A stretch of 64,000 bases of DNA from positions 496,001-560,000 of the forward strand of contig NC_087245.1 of assembly GCF_037042905.1 (NCBI RefSeq). Direction: 5' to 3'. Positions within the stretch are counted from its first letter, which is position 1; every line of letters starts with the position of its first letter. Under the pieces are notes generated by a model. It was given only the letters and a program-made list of their open reading frames with translations. It did not search any database and had not been told where the DNA came from. The position numbers were made by a program, and so were the translations under genes. The stretch is from Lytechinus pictus (taxonomy: Eukaryota). Below, piece by piece: positions 39,456 to 51,226 of this stretch.

Positions 39456-41170
39456 CTGCAGGCACAGACCCTGATTGAAACATTGATCAACAAGTGTGTC
39501 TCCACGCAAAGACTAGCACATACAAAACTTGCTGTTTCAATTCTGAGCGAGAGCTAGGGCCTTCAGTACACAAGGCATGAGTAGGCTGCACATTCAGACC
39601 ACAGAGATCAATGATTCAGACCCGTAACTCAAGTGAAGGGTTTGCCCAGCAGACAAAATCCATCCCGTATCTCCGTGAATCGCCTGCACTGTGCCTATAA
39701 ATGACATTATATTGCGTAATTCGTCTTTAAAAAATATGGACCTGACAAATTTTCATTCTCAGGAGAGAACATAATGTCGTTTGTACAGTGGTGAACACAA
39801 AATGCCTGATGTAGTTTTAGGGTTTATAGACCTTAAGGGGTTATTTTGTGAAGAATTTGCCATTTCCATTTTTGTTATTTTTAGTGGGTGATCTTGTTTA
39901 AAAGCATGAATGTCCGGATGAATGTATAGAGTGGTGTATGAATTGGCATATGTTTCGGTATGGTTCACTGGCGCGTGTTGTGTCCCCCGGGGGGGGGGGG
40001 GGCCACTTCCATTGACGAGTGGATACCATGCGCGACCATGGGGTCTCGAAAAGCACCCTAAACACGTATTTTCTATATTCTGAAAATGCACCCCTTAACA
40101 AGTATTGGCGTGTGAAACCTCACCCTTAACAAGTATTATACCCTTTTTACACAGGATTTTCTTAGCCCCGGACTATCGCTAACCCCGTACTATCCTTAAC
40201 CCCGTACTATTTTTTTTCCTTTTTACACATGCCAAATTGTTATTGCTAATAGTAGGCGGCAAGTAGTAAAAATTCCAAAAATTTTCTGTAGAATCTGATT
40301 TTTTGTGCTTATCCCCCTATTTTTAGGGTGCTGATTACGAATCTGCTTGTTGCCAAATTTATAAATGCCGTCTTCGACCGTTGCCATGGCAACGGATTAA
40401 TTTCTCAAAAATTGTATGTATTCCCCTGTAAATGGTAGATAAACATGATATAAATTAGCCAATAGATTGATTTCAGGGTTCCAATTAAATACAAATGAAA
40501 TTAAAAAATATTTAAGATTATCAAATTGGTTCCAATTGGCCCGTTGCCATGGTAACGGCTTATTTTTTCCTCCAGAAAAGTAAAAATTTTGATTTAAAGT
40601 TGTAGAATCTGTTTTTTGTTTCATTTTCCCTGCCTGTAGGGTGTTAAACATAGGAGTGGTTTTTGCTTAATGTATAAATACACTCTCATTCCATTGCCAT
40701 GGCAACCAAATAATACCTAATTTGGTGAAAAAAAAAGAAATAACATGGTAAAAAAAGACAATGGCGAGAAATACAATAAAAGCGACCTACATGTACATGT
40801 AATCTACATGCGTTGGGTTTTTCCCACTCATTTAGAATAAAAACTACATAAGTGTTATGCATGAGTTTATTGGAATGATGGGAATTGATGTTGCCTTGAT
40901 AATGCTTGAATTTAAAGATAGATATCAATATTGCAAATGGCCCGTTGCCATGGTAACATCTTATTTTTCTCAGAAAAGAACAAATTTTGATAAAAACATA
41001 TAGAGTCACATTTTTTTCGTTCATTTCCGCTAAGTTTAGGTTGCTAAAAATAAATATGCTTGTTTGGTAAATATGTAAGTACCATCTCAGACCATGGCCA
41101 TGGCAACCAAATACCAACTTATTTGGTAAAAAACATGTTGAAAAAGGTAATGGTGGGATGTACAGTAATA

Positions 41171-41954
41171 ACAAGTGGAATGCCTCTGGCCGTCTCACCT
41201 GCATCACGCGATTCAATATAGCAGCAGTGCTGATTTTGAAAACTACTATAACTCGCACAAGATGTTCAGTGATACTTGGTTACTCGTATTTTCACGTTTT
41301 ATGAACTAGACCAATACACTTATAGAGATATGATGGCAATTCAACAAATACCCCCAACGTGGCCAAAGTTCTTTGACCTTACATGACATTTGACCTTGAT
41401 CATGTGACCTGAAACTTGCACAGGATGTTCAGTAATACTTGATTACTATTAGGTCCAAGTTTCATGAATCAGATCCATAAACTTTCAAAGTTATGATGGT
41501 AATTCAACAGATACCCCCAATTCGGCCAAAGTTCATTGACCCTAAATGACCTTTGACCTTGGTCATGTGACGTGAAACTCATGCAGGATGATCAGTGATA
41601 CTTGATTAACCTTATGTATAAGTTTCATGAACTAGGTCCATATATTTTCTAAGTTATGATGACATTTCAAAAACTTAACCTTAGGTTAAGATTTTGATGT
41701 TGATTCCCCCAACATGGTCTAAGTTCATTGACCCTAAATGACCTTTGACCTTGGTCATGTGACATGAAACTCAAGCAGGATGTTCAGTAATACTTGATTA
41801 ACCTTATGGCCAAGTTTCATGAACTAGGTCCATATACTTTCTAAGTTAGGCTGTCATTTCAAAAACTTAACCTCAGGTTAAGATTTGGTGTTGACGCCGC
41901 CGCCGCCGTCGGAAAAGCGGCGCCTATAGTCTCACTCTGCTATGCAGGTGAGAC
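41171..41954 (-). mobile_element. Helentron-like non-autonomous element
   Basis: Same ends and ~160-bp units. Inserted in the left arm of the large foldback element. Confidence 0.82.
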
Positions 41955-42578
41955 AAAAAACGAACTAATCTACATGACCAAAACCAAAAACAAAACCAAA
42001 ATTACGTAATTATTATGCATGAATTCATTACCATGATAATGGGCACGCTTGAGTTTATTAATAAATATCAATGTTGCAAATTGCCTGTTGTCATGGTAAC
42101 GGCTCATTTTACACCAGAAAAGTTTTAATAAAAATATGTAGAGTCTGATTTTTCTTTCATTTCCGCCAAAGTATACACGTAGGTTGCTAAACATTGATAT
42201 TCTGGTTGCTGCTGCTTTGGTAGTGGTTAAATAATTTAATATTATATGATAAATATCAATGTTGCAAATGGCCTGATGCCGTGGTAAACATCACTCCTCG
42301 CAAAGTTCCCTTCTGCAGACTTTCAACCTGAAGAAAGTAAACTGAGCAGTTTGCCATAGATCTGGATACATATCTTCAGAACCTCCCTGCACTCCCTACT
42401 CATTACGACACATTTTTAGAGCTGCTGAAGAAATCATCAAGGAAGAATATTCCACAAGAATGCCGTACAAGCTATACTCAGGGCCGGCAGAAACACCATG
42501 CAGATTCGGATCCTTGGGAAAGACTCTACAAAGTCCCAATCTAGGTCCCATGTTACCGTCGGCCAAGTGGTCAACCAG

Positions 42579-42743
42579 CGCCAAGGGTTAATAAAGTAAG
42601 ACTTAAGTAAATAAACTAGACAACTTTGAGGTTACGTGTGAATGTCTTTAATGACCATGGCCAAGAGACCAACACAAGGTGGCGCGCTTACACTAAGCGC
42701 ATTTAACATCGAATCATTATAACACTAAAACAACATACTGGCG
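42579..42743 (-). repeat. 3' LTR (165 bp)
   Basis: Identical to 46801-46965. Termini CGCCA...TGGCG, with ATTAAA on the minus strand. Confidence 0.92.
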
Positions 42744-44186
42744 TGACTGCCTTTTACCTTTCTCTTTTCACAATATAACAACTGTATAAGAACATCATGA
42801 TGATTCGTAGTACAATCACTACTAAGTAAAAGGGTTAGACCAGCACTGGTATAAAACTAATAAATCCGCATGTAGGCAACGATATAAACTGACATAGCAC
42901 AATATAGGTCACAATTTGAATAACTAATAAATCCGCATGTAGGCAACGATAAACTGACATAGCACAATATATAGGTCACAATTTGAATAACATCAAATGG
43001 CATCACCACTTCCCATCTCTATCATCTACAAGTACAAAAAAACAATGATGAGCTAAAAAAAAACCCCACCTCTATCCAAGCAGGGAACTCTGTAGCAAAA
43101 TAGTCTGCCCAATTTAATCCAAAACACATAGGGTAAAAATAAAGCCATAAACACGGTCCAAGGCAATACACTAGCTGTTTACACATGTAGCCTAAAATAA
43201 AAAACCTATCGAACCAAGAGGGTGGAAACAAATTGCATGCATGTAAATACACCAGTTCAAACAATGAAATAACAATCTGAAGTGGCCTCAGCTAATCATC
43301 CTTCAAAACAAACGAAACCCACAAGTTGTCACTCCAATCGACTACATACGTGCCTGTATCCTAAAAGATAGAAATGTTAAGACAGCATATTGTTACCATT
43401 AACAACACACCAATTCCAAAGTTTAGCCACATACAATCTTAGATAACGGAATCAAGAAGTAAAAAAAATACCTGTAAATACCAGTAAAAAGTAACTGGAA
43501 CATAAAAAATAGTAGCATGGGGCATACATGTTACAAAAAACACACACATAAATATGCAGTGTCAAAAAGGGCACCTAAATCATCACAAATATCAATAAGA
43601 AATCAACTGACACTAACATATAGCAAAAGTCATTCACCCACTCATCACTGTAGGCACAAAGTGTTAGTGATCAACAGTAAAACACCCCAAAACCATCCTA
43701 GTAGTCAAAACAATACAACTACAAACAATTCAAAATCACCCATTCATAAAACATCAAAATCATAAACAAAAATCAAACACCATGGCACTATCGTAAGCAC
43801 TCAACATTACATATCAGACTGTATAAAAAAAAATCATTTAATACAAAAATATATGCAAAGGAACATAATAAAATATCCTGACATAAAATTACACGTCACA
43901 AATTATACATGGCACCCCAACCTTCCTGATTGAACAAAAATATACCTACACATAAACATAACTAATGTCATACAGAATCAATGGTGTTAATAATCAAATA
44001 TCAGTTAACATAGGAAATCGAATAAGTCCTGCATTGCATTCCTAAAAGTCCGCTAACAATCACATGGTAGAATTGGCAGTCCAATCACGGTAAAAACATA
44101 ATTTTCACATCTGAATAGTCACTGTCCAACACATAGATGCCTCTGTTGCTATAATCCTTGGGAAAGCTAGCCGAGCAGAAATGGAA

Positions 44187-46625
44187 TTAAGTGAAAAATG
44201 TCTGCGTACCACTGATAGGCAGGTGATGGTGGCTTAATTCGCGAAGCTCTTCCACTGAGAGAGGCAGACCAGCAGGACCATGCCCTGGGTTAGCATGGGG
44301 CCGGTCTGGCGGACGAGAGCAACGACAACCTCCAGAGACCAGGGCAGATAGACCAGCAGGACCATGCCCTGGACTAGCATGGGGCTGGTCTGGCGGACGA
44401 GCATGACATCCTTCAGGGACAGACAGATCAGGAGGACCATGCCCTTGACTAGCATGGGGCCGATCCGGCGGACGAGCATGACATCCTTCAGGAGTGGACA
44501 GTTCAGCAGGGCCAAGCTCTAGGTTAGCACGAGGCTGATCTGGAGGGCGAGTATGGCACGCAACATCAATCCAGATGGAATGAACATGGGTATTAGCGAT
44601 TGAGATGCTAGCCGAGTATGGACATTCAGTTGGAGGAGACGCGTGCAGGGTGAACGACCGAGAGTTCTGCGAGATCAACCCATCAACGACACATGGTACC
44701 CGGGCTGGATGGATATCTTGCACAGTAGGGCTACTGCTGCTGACATTAGCCGGGCAAGGAGGCATAGCGGTTACTGCGGTGCTTGCTCTGGGGCAGTTAC
44801 TCGCGTCGAAGGGCAATACCGAATCGGCCGATGGTGTAACGGTAACGGACATGCTATTGACACTTCCGGGAGTGTCAAACCTCTGATCAAGAAGCAGCAC
44901 GGTACCTCCACGGTCAACGACACGGTTGCTACCAATGCAGCGATCCAGTAGCATATCAGGCGACATGTTAGGCAATACCGTCACGTCAGGCAAAGTTGTC
45001 ACATCGGGCAAAGTCAAGGTAGGCATAACTGTCACATCAGACAAAGTCATGATAGGGGAAACTGTCAAATCAGACAATGTCAAGGTAGGCGAAACTGTCA
45101 CATCCGGCAAAGTCAAGTTAGACAAAAATGTCACATCAGACGAAGAGTGAGAAACATAGTTCCGACTAAGATCCAAATCAAGGGAATCTGTGAAACTGTA
45201 GATCACGTTGGATTGGCAACAATCCCAAAGTAACAAAGACTGGAAATCATCGGCAGACAGTGGAGAACAACTCAATCCACTCGGAGTAGGAGAGGCAACA
45301 TTGCCATGCCAACAATCAATGCAATGAAGTGAAGAGGTTCTTAAATCACTCAAACATGAAACTGGAGAACACGAACTGCTTTCATGAGTGTCTTTAACTG
45401 TACACTCTCGGAACAATGAGGGCACACTGGCATTGGTATCCAGACCAATTACATTACTAACATTAGACCCTACATTATCTTTCCTTGTTTCTTTTACGTC
45501 TCTCATGTGACCAATAATCACATCATCTACATTAGCTTTATTTACCACACCAACATTAGCATCATGTCTATTTTCCTCATTCCATTGTTTCACATCACAC
45601 TGGTCACTTTCATAAACCCGACAATCACTAGTTGCATACTCAACCTCTTTATTCCATCCTTTCATGTCAGCACTGTTTGTTATATACACCTCACCATCAC
45701 TAGTCGTGTATCCATAATCTGCATTACATTGTTTCACATCAACTATGTTAGAGTCATGACCTCCACCATCACTACTCTCATAACCATCATCTACATTGCA
45801 TGGTTTCATTTCACCTTTGTTAGTTTCATGCACCTCACCATCACTAGTCTCATCTCTTCGGTCTTCATTCCGAGATTTACAACTATTACTTTTAGATTCA
45901 TTCATCTCCCTATCACTTGTCTCGTATCCAACATCTTCTTTGTGTATGTTAGTGTTTACTGGTGTGACCGTGGTCCCTAATGTAACATGATTATTAATTC
46001 CATGACTATCATTCATTTTACTCTCATTCTTCACACGTTCCCGATCAATGAGAGTGTGCGTTGTAATTGAATGTATGCCAGCGAGATCAACATCACAAAA
46101 ACATGGCGGAGCTGCTTGAGATGACGAAGCATAGCAAAAAGTAGCACTGTCTCCAAACATGATCAACTGCTTGGAGGGGCGAACCGAAATATCGTTCTGC
46201 TCCATAAATGGAGCCCCAGCGACAATTCTGCGAGAACCACGCAAGTAGTCATCATGGACTACCACACCATCAAACCAAAGTTCACAACCATCATAGAATA
46301 ATGTGAACTGAGTCACACCCACAATGTGGGTCTGATCGACGAGACGAACAATCGACACATCATCAACAAAGTAATCACCAAAACCAAAATCATCAACAAA
46401 AATCTGGACACCAATATCATCTGCTACAGATTCAGTGATTAAATTGAGCTGTGATCCGCTCTTCAATTCAACATTAATCCGCGAATTATCAATTGTGCGG
46501 GCACAAAAACAAGGTTTATTTAATATCTGCCTGCTAGCAGAAAACTGGCACAACCCTGATGGTTGCGACGACCTGCTAGCCGCATCGTGAACGGCTGCCG
46601 CGGCGGTCAACGCGGCCCTGGCCAT
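44187..46625 (-). CDS. 812-aa ORF: degenerate retropepsin-like domain plus repeat arrays
   Basis: Uninterrupted ORF starting at ATG. VELKSGSQLNLI and IVAGAPFMEQNDISVRP resemble the two Gypsy aspartic-protease motifs, with Lys in place of the catalytic Asp. Has 24-aa, 11-aa and 25-aa repeats. Confidence 0.75.
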   Translation of the reverse strand: MARAALTAAAAVHDAASRSSQPSGLCQFSASRQILNKPCFCARTIDNSRINVELKSGSQLNLITESVADDIGVQIFVDDFGFGDYFVDDVSIVRLVDQTHIVGVTQFTLFYDGCELWFDGVVVHDDYLRGSRRIVAGAPFMEQNDISVRPSKQLIMFGDSATFCYASSSQAAPPCFCDVDLAGIHSITTHTLIDRERVKNESKMNDSHGINNHVTLGTTVTPVNTNIHKEDVGYETSDREMNESKSNSCKSRNEDRRDETSDGEVHETNKGEMKPCNVDDGYESSDGGGHDSNIVDVKQCNADYGYTTSDGEVYITNSADMKGWNKEVEYATSDCRVYESDQCDVKQWNEENRHDANVGVVNKANVDDVIIGHMRDVKETRKDNVGSNVSNVIGLDTNASVPSLFRECTVKDTHESSSCSPVSCLSDLRTSSLHCIDCWHGNVASPTPSGLSCSPLSADDFQSLLLWDCCQSNVIYSFTDSLDLDLSRNYVSHSSSDVTFLSNLTLPDVTVSPTLTLSDLTVSPIMTLSDVTVMPTLTLPDVTTLPDVTVLPNMSPDMLLDRCIGSNRVVDRGGTVLLLDQRFDTPGSVNSMSVTVTPSADSVLPFDASNCPRASTAVTAMPPCPANVSSSSPTVQDIHPARVPCVVDGLISQNSRSFTLHASPPTECPYSASISIANTHVHSIWIDVACHTRPPDQPRANLELGPAELSTPEGCHARPPDRPHASQGHGPPDLSVPEGCHARPPDQPHASPGHGPAGLSALVSGGCRCSRPPDRPHANPGHGPAGLPLSVEELRELSHHHLPISGTQTFFT

Positions 46626-46800
46626 GGTACGGTATATGTGGGACTACACAAATTTATCTTCCGACTTCGGGAAGTAACCCAACCTCTCGTCTACCACCGA
46701 TAATATAAAACACGGCGTGCCTAGCCCCAATTTACAGGGTGAAATTAACTTAGGATGGCTTATTTATTTTCGATGGGTGGATAGAATCCAGCTGCCACCA

Positions 46801-46965
46801 CGCCAAGGGTTAATAAAGTAAGACTTAAGTAAATAAACTAGACAACTTTGAGGTTACGTGTGAATGTCTTTAATGACCATGGCCAAGAGACCAACACAAG
46901 GTGGCGCGCTTACACTAAGCGCATTTAACATCGAATCATTATAACACTAAAACAACATACTGGCG
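46801..46965 (-). repeat. 5' LTR (165 bp)
   Basis: Identical to 42579-42743 and abuts the PBS. Confidence 0.92.
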
Positions 46966-49539
46966 CAGCTTCTAGTGAACAGCCAAGGTAACCCTAATAA
47001 TCACCCGCGAAGATCCAACCTAAAAGTGTGCAGACAGCCTGCCAAGAGTCATCTGAGTTCACAAGACCTTTTAGCATGAACGACTTGTGCAATGCTATCA
47101 AAGCAATGAAGATCAGCAAGGCAGCTGGATTGGATGATGTCCTCGATCTGTGAGCAGATGAAACATCTTGGACCTGTTGCACTCCAACGGCTGCTTGACA
47201 TGCTAAACTACTGTCTGAGTGAAAGCACAATGCCAAACTTATGGAGGAAATCAAGGGTAGTTGCCTTACTCAAGCCAGGCAAAAAACCAGCCAATACAAA
47301 GAGCTACCGGCCCATATCTCTGTCACACATACAAGATCTTTGAAAGGCTCCTACTCAACCACATTGCTCCCTTGGTGAATGAGCTCCTCATTCCAGAACA
47401 GGCAGGATTTAGGCCAGGAAAGTCCTGTACTAGTCAACTGCTGAATCTGGCACAGTACATTGAAGATGGTGGCTTCGAGAAGGGGTTGATAACTGGAGCA
47501 GCCTTTGTTGACCTCATTGCAGCTTATGACACAATCATCGAATACTCACAAGGTCTTTGAGATGACAAAGGAAGGCTTAAGCTAACACAGATGATTCAGA
47601 GCATGCTCTCAAATCAGCAGTTTTTGTGCATCTCAATGGTTTCAGTAGCAGATGGCTGACACACAAAAGGTCTCCCACAAGGAAGAATCATCGTCCCACT
47701 CTTTAGCATCTACACAAATGACCAACCAATCCACCAAATAATGAGAGCTACCTGTACGCTGATGACATTTGCATTGCTTCACAGAAACAGTCCTCTGAAG
47801 AGATGAAAAAGCACTCAGCAATGCTCTGGTAGGCCTGACTCATTACTACGCTGCAAATCATCCCTGGGCAAATCCAGAAAAAACCCAACTCAGTGCTTTT
47901 CACCTTAAAAACAGAGATGCAGACCAGTAACTAAGGTTCAGATGGTATAGAAAATGGTTCCCTAACCTACAAAGACCATGTTCCCAAGACAAAGGCTAAA
48001 GTTGGAGCAAGGAACATCATCAAATGGGAACAGATGCCAAAACCATCCGTGCGACAGCTCTTGCTCTATGCTACTGGACTGCTGAGTATGCAGTCCCCAT
48101 CCGTTTTGGGTCATCACATGCTGCGCAGATTGATACAGCCCTGAATGCTGCTTGCAGAGCAATTACTGGCTGCGACAAAACAAGAGCAGATGATCTCTAC
48201 CTACTGTGTGGTATTGTCCATTCACACATTAGAAGATAGTTGCCAGCAAAGGTGGAAAAAACAAGCAAGAAGATCACCCTCTTCATCCACCCTTTAACTA
48301 TGAACCTGCCAAAAAGAGATTCAAAACAAGATGGAGATTCCTTCACTTGACTGAATCCCTTAATGGCTCTGCTCACAATCAAAGGGTCACCCACTGGTCC
48401 AACCATCTACAGTCTGTGACGCACAAGCTCTCCTTTTGACCTAGCGAATCACTTCCTAGGTTCAAGTGAGGAATGTGGAGTGTAAAGATCTTTTTTTGAC
48501 CATTTGTGCTCTCAATACATTTTATAAAAAAATAGCCAGTATGCCAATATTTCTAAGGGTTTGTGAAATTAGGGAGAATTCAGCTAGAGACCATTTTGAG
48601 AATATTTTGGGCCATGTGGCCTAGTAATCTGACAGAAATATTGATTAAGGGGTAAAGTTTTCAAGAGATTGACATGTGACATCTATTTGCTGAATTGAAG
48701 TACCCCAACTTCAAACTCCAAGGTGGCTGCCAATTTAAGGGTCACAAATGTCTCTATTTTAAAGCTAAACGTTAATGGAATAAAATAAATTTGCCAATCA
48801 CATTCATGTATAATGTGTTTCTGGACAATTAATTGTATGAAGAAAAATTGACCATGAAATTTGTATTAAAGCTTTGAAATGGCTGCCGAAAACCATTTTA
48901 AAAAGAAATTGTGGGTGGATTTTGCTATAAAGCTGATAAAAATATTATAAAGAATGAGTTTTATAGGGAAAAGGAAATCAAAATCTTAAGTCTATTTGAT
49001 GAGTTGAAGTGATCTTGACCTCCTGAACAGAGATTGACTATGGTATAATTAAAATATCCAGAGTGGCTGCTGGTGGCCAGTTTGAAAAAAAAGGAATTTG
49101 GGTTGATTTGTGCTATAAATGAGGTTTTTAAAATAGCAACATGGGTATTTTTGAGGTTAGGAAATTAAAATCTTAAGTCCACACAGTCGACTGACCTAAA
49201 CTTGACCGCCTAATCAGAGATTACCGCCATAAAAAAATCAAACTGACAGCTGCCTGTCATTTTGAAAAATGACAACTTTAGGGGGTGATTCCATTTTGAT
49301 AGAGAGTTGTTCAAAATATTTATTTGGGGGTTTTAGAGTCAAGAAATCAAAATTTGAACTACCTTTGACATACTGACCTTGCCTTTAAAACGAAACGCGG
49401 TTGGTAGCCATTAAGAAAAAAAAGGGTCATGGGTTGCAATATGGCGTTCCTCAGGGTTTTGTACTGGGATCTTTAATTTTTACTTCGTATTTATAACCAC
49501 TTGGGGACACTTTGAACTGGTGTTCAGCCGCCTAGATAA

Positions 49540-49920
49540 TAGTCACTACAACACATTCAGAATCGAGCAGTCGGTACCATTTCAACGGCCAGAAAGTATG
49601 ATCATGTGTTTCCTTTGTTCAAAGAGATTCACTTGCTACTGGTCAAAAACAGAATTATAGAAAAAATTGCTTTGTTTACTTGTCCATTGATAACCTGACA
49701 CCACAATACATTTCATGTTGGGTTTTTGTTTACAGACCCTTTTCTATCCCCCAACTTAGGTCAACAGTGCATAAGTTTCACTGGTCCCAATATTCAAAAT
49801 CCGTTCATGTCCTTCTGTACAATTGTTTTTTTAAGCTTACAAACCTATGAATTTTATTTGTAACACCCACTTTGTATTGAAAGCACTTGAAAAGTAGAAT
49901 TATTCATTTTTATAATAATA
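49540..49920 (+). pseudogene. degraded L2-like LINE 3' fragment
   Basis: IQNRA...RKYDHVxPLFKEIHxLxVKxRI-like remnant. Confidence 0.55.
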
Positions 49921-49929
49921 AATAAAATA

Positions 49930-50160
49930 ATATAGGATTTGTATAGTGCTCCTATATTACCCCGGCTAAGCTAGACTACCGCATCCGGTGCTCACAGCTT
50001 TTTAAGGACTTACATCCTGCAGGTACCCATTTACCTCACCTGGCTTGAGTGCAGCACAATATGGATACATTTCTTACTGAAGGAAAACACACCCTGGCTG
50101 GGAATCGAACCAATATCCCTCAGATTGAAAGAAAGTCTTAACCACAAGACCACGACGCCC
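49930..50160 (-). mobile_element. tRNA-derived SINE
   Basis: Reverse complement of the same core, with a B box (ggttcgattcc). Confidence 0.75.
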
Positions 50161-51226
50161 CCCCCCCACAATATTGGAAAGTGCTTTGAGCATGTTTACA
50201 TGAAGAAGTGCTATAAATGTTAAAATGTATGTATTCATTTTAATCGAAAGCTGTTCAAGATAATTTAACTCCTAAGTTTATTTGGCAAATTGACATAATC
50301 ATGGCCTCCTATTAGATATAACTGACCTTTTGAGGAAACAAAAGTAAAATTTTTCCATTTTTAATGTAGACTCAATGTGGGACTTTCATGAAAAACCCAT
50401 TCATTTAATAATAGAATCCTAAGGGTTTTTTTAACCTCAAAAGACCCTTGACCTTCACCTAGTGACATGATATCTAATTATCTTGAAAATTAATAAACCT
50501 AAGTAAAGTTTTTGATGTTGATACCACAGTACAGTCAAAGTTCATTGACCATAACTTTAACCTGAAACTCATGCACAATGATGTGATAGTTGAATACCTT
50601 TATGTCCAACTTTCTTGAAATAGATTTATATACGCACTCTCAAAGGTTTGTTTTTTCAGAAACTTTATGAGATTCAATGATGATAATACAACATGGCCAA
50701 ATTTTGGTGATTGTAAAATACCTCTGACCTTGATCATATGGCATGAAACTTGTGCAATATGATTAATTATATTTAATGGTTACCCAATGTTTAGTTGAAA
50801 TATCATAATATAGATCCATATATTTCCAAAATTATGAAAATATTTATAAGTTTACTTTTTCAAAATGGACACCACCTGCCAATTTGGTTATGGCAATAAT
50901 CTCAGATTAGGAGGTCAAGACCACATCGCCTCCTGACAGATTTAAAATTTTCATTCATCAAATGTATGCTCCCCCCTTATTATTATATTTAACACTTTTA
51001 AGCACAAATCACCCAAAATCACTATACTCAAAATGACTATCTGCGGTCATTTTGGAGTAACAATACTGGATTTCATGCAGAATAAGTACCATTTTTCTTC
51101 AAAAATTGTCCAGCATAAAAATGAGTGTAATTGGATAATTTATTTGAGTACATGTTATGTGGATTGGATTTAATTCTAAATTGAAAATAGCCCGAGAGAG
51201 TATTTTTACATTAACAAGCATATGTA

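Larger units (their letters stand above)
42579..46965 (-). mobile_element. non-autonomous LTR retroelement (Gypsy-derived), 4.4 kb
   Basis: Identical 165-bp direct repeats at 42579-42743 and 46801-46965. PBS TGGTGGCAGC at 46791-46800 (minus), polypurine tract at ~42749-42770 (minus), CAG on both flanks. It interrupts a LINE. Confidence 0.9.
42295..48480 (+). pseudogene. degraded Ingi/Vingi-like LINE, split by the LTR element
   Basis: Frameshifted KAAGLDD, WRKSRVVALLKPGK, SYRPISL, QAGFRPGKSCT, AAFVDLxAAYDT, YADD and RATALALCYxTAEYA. The sequence is continuous across the LTR insertion (gtcaaccag/cagcttctag). Confidence 0.8.

Noticed and set aside
44605..45990. Plus-strand ORFs overlapping the 812-aa ORF
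   Set aside because: Antisense shadows of a repetitive coding region with no domain signal.
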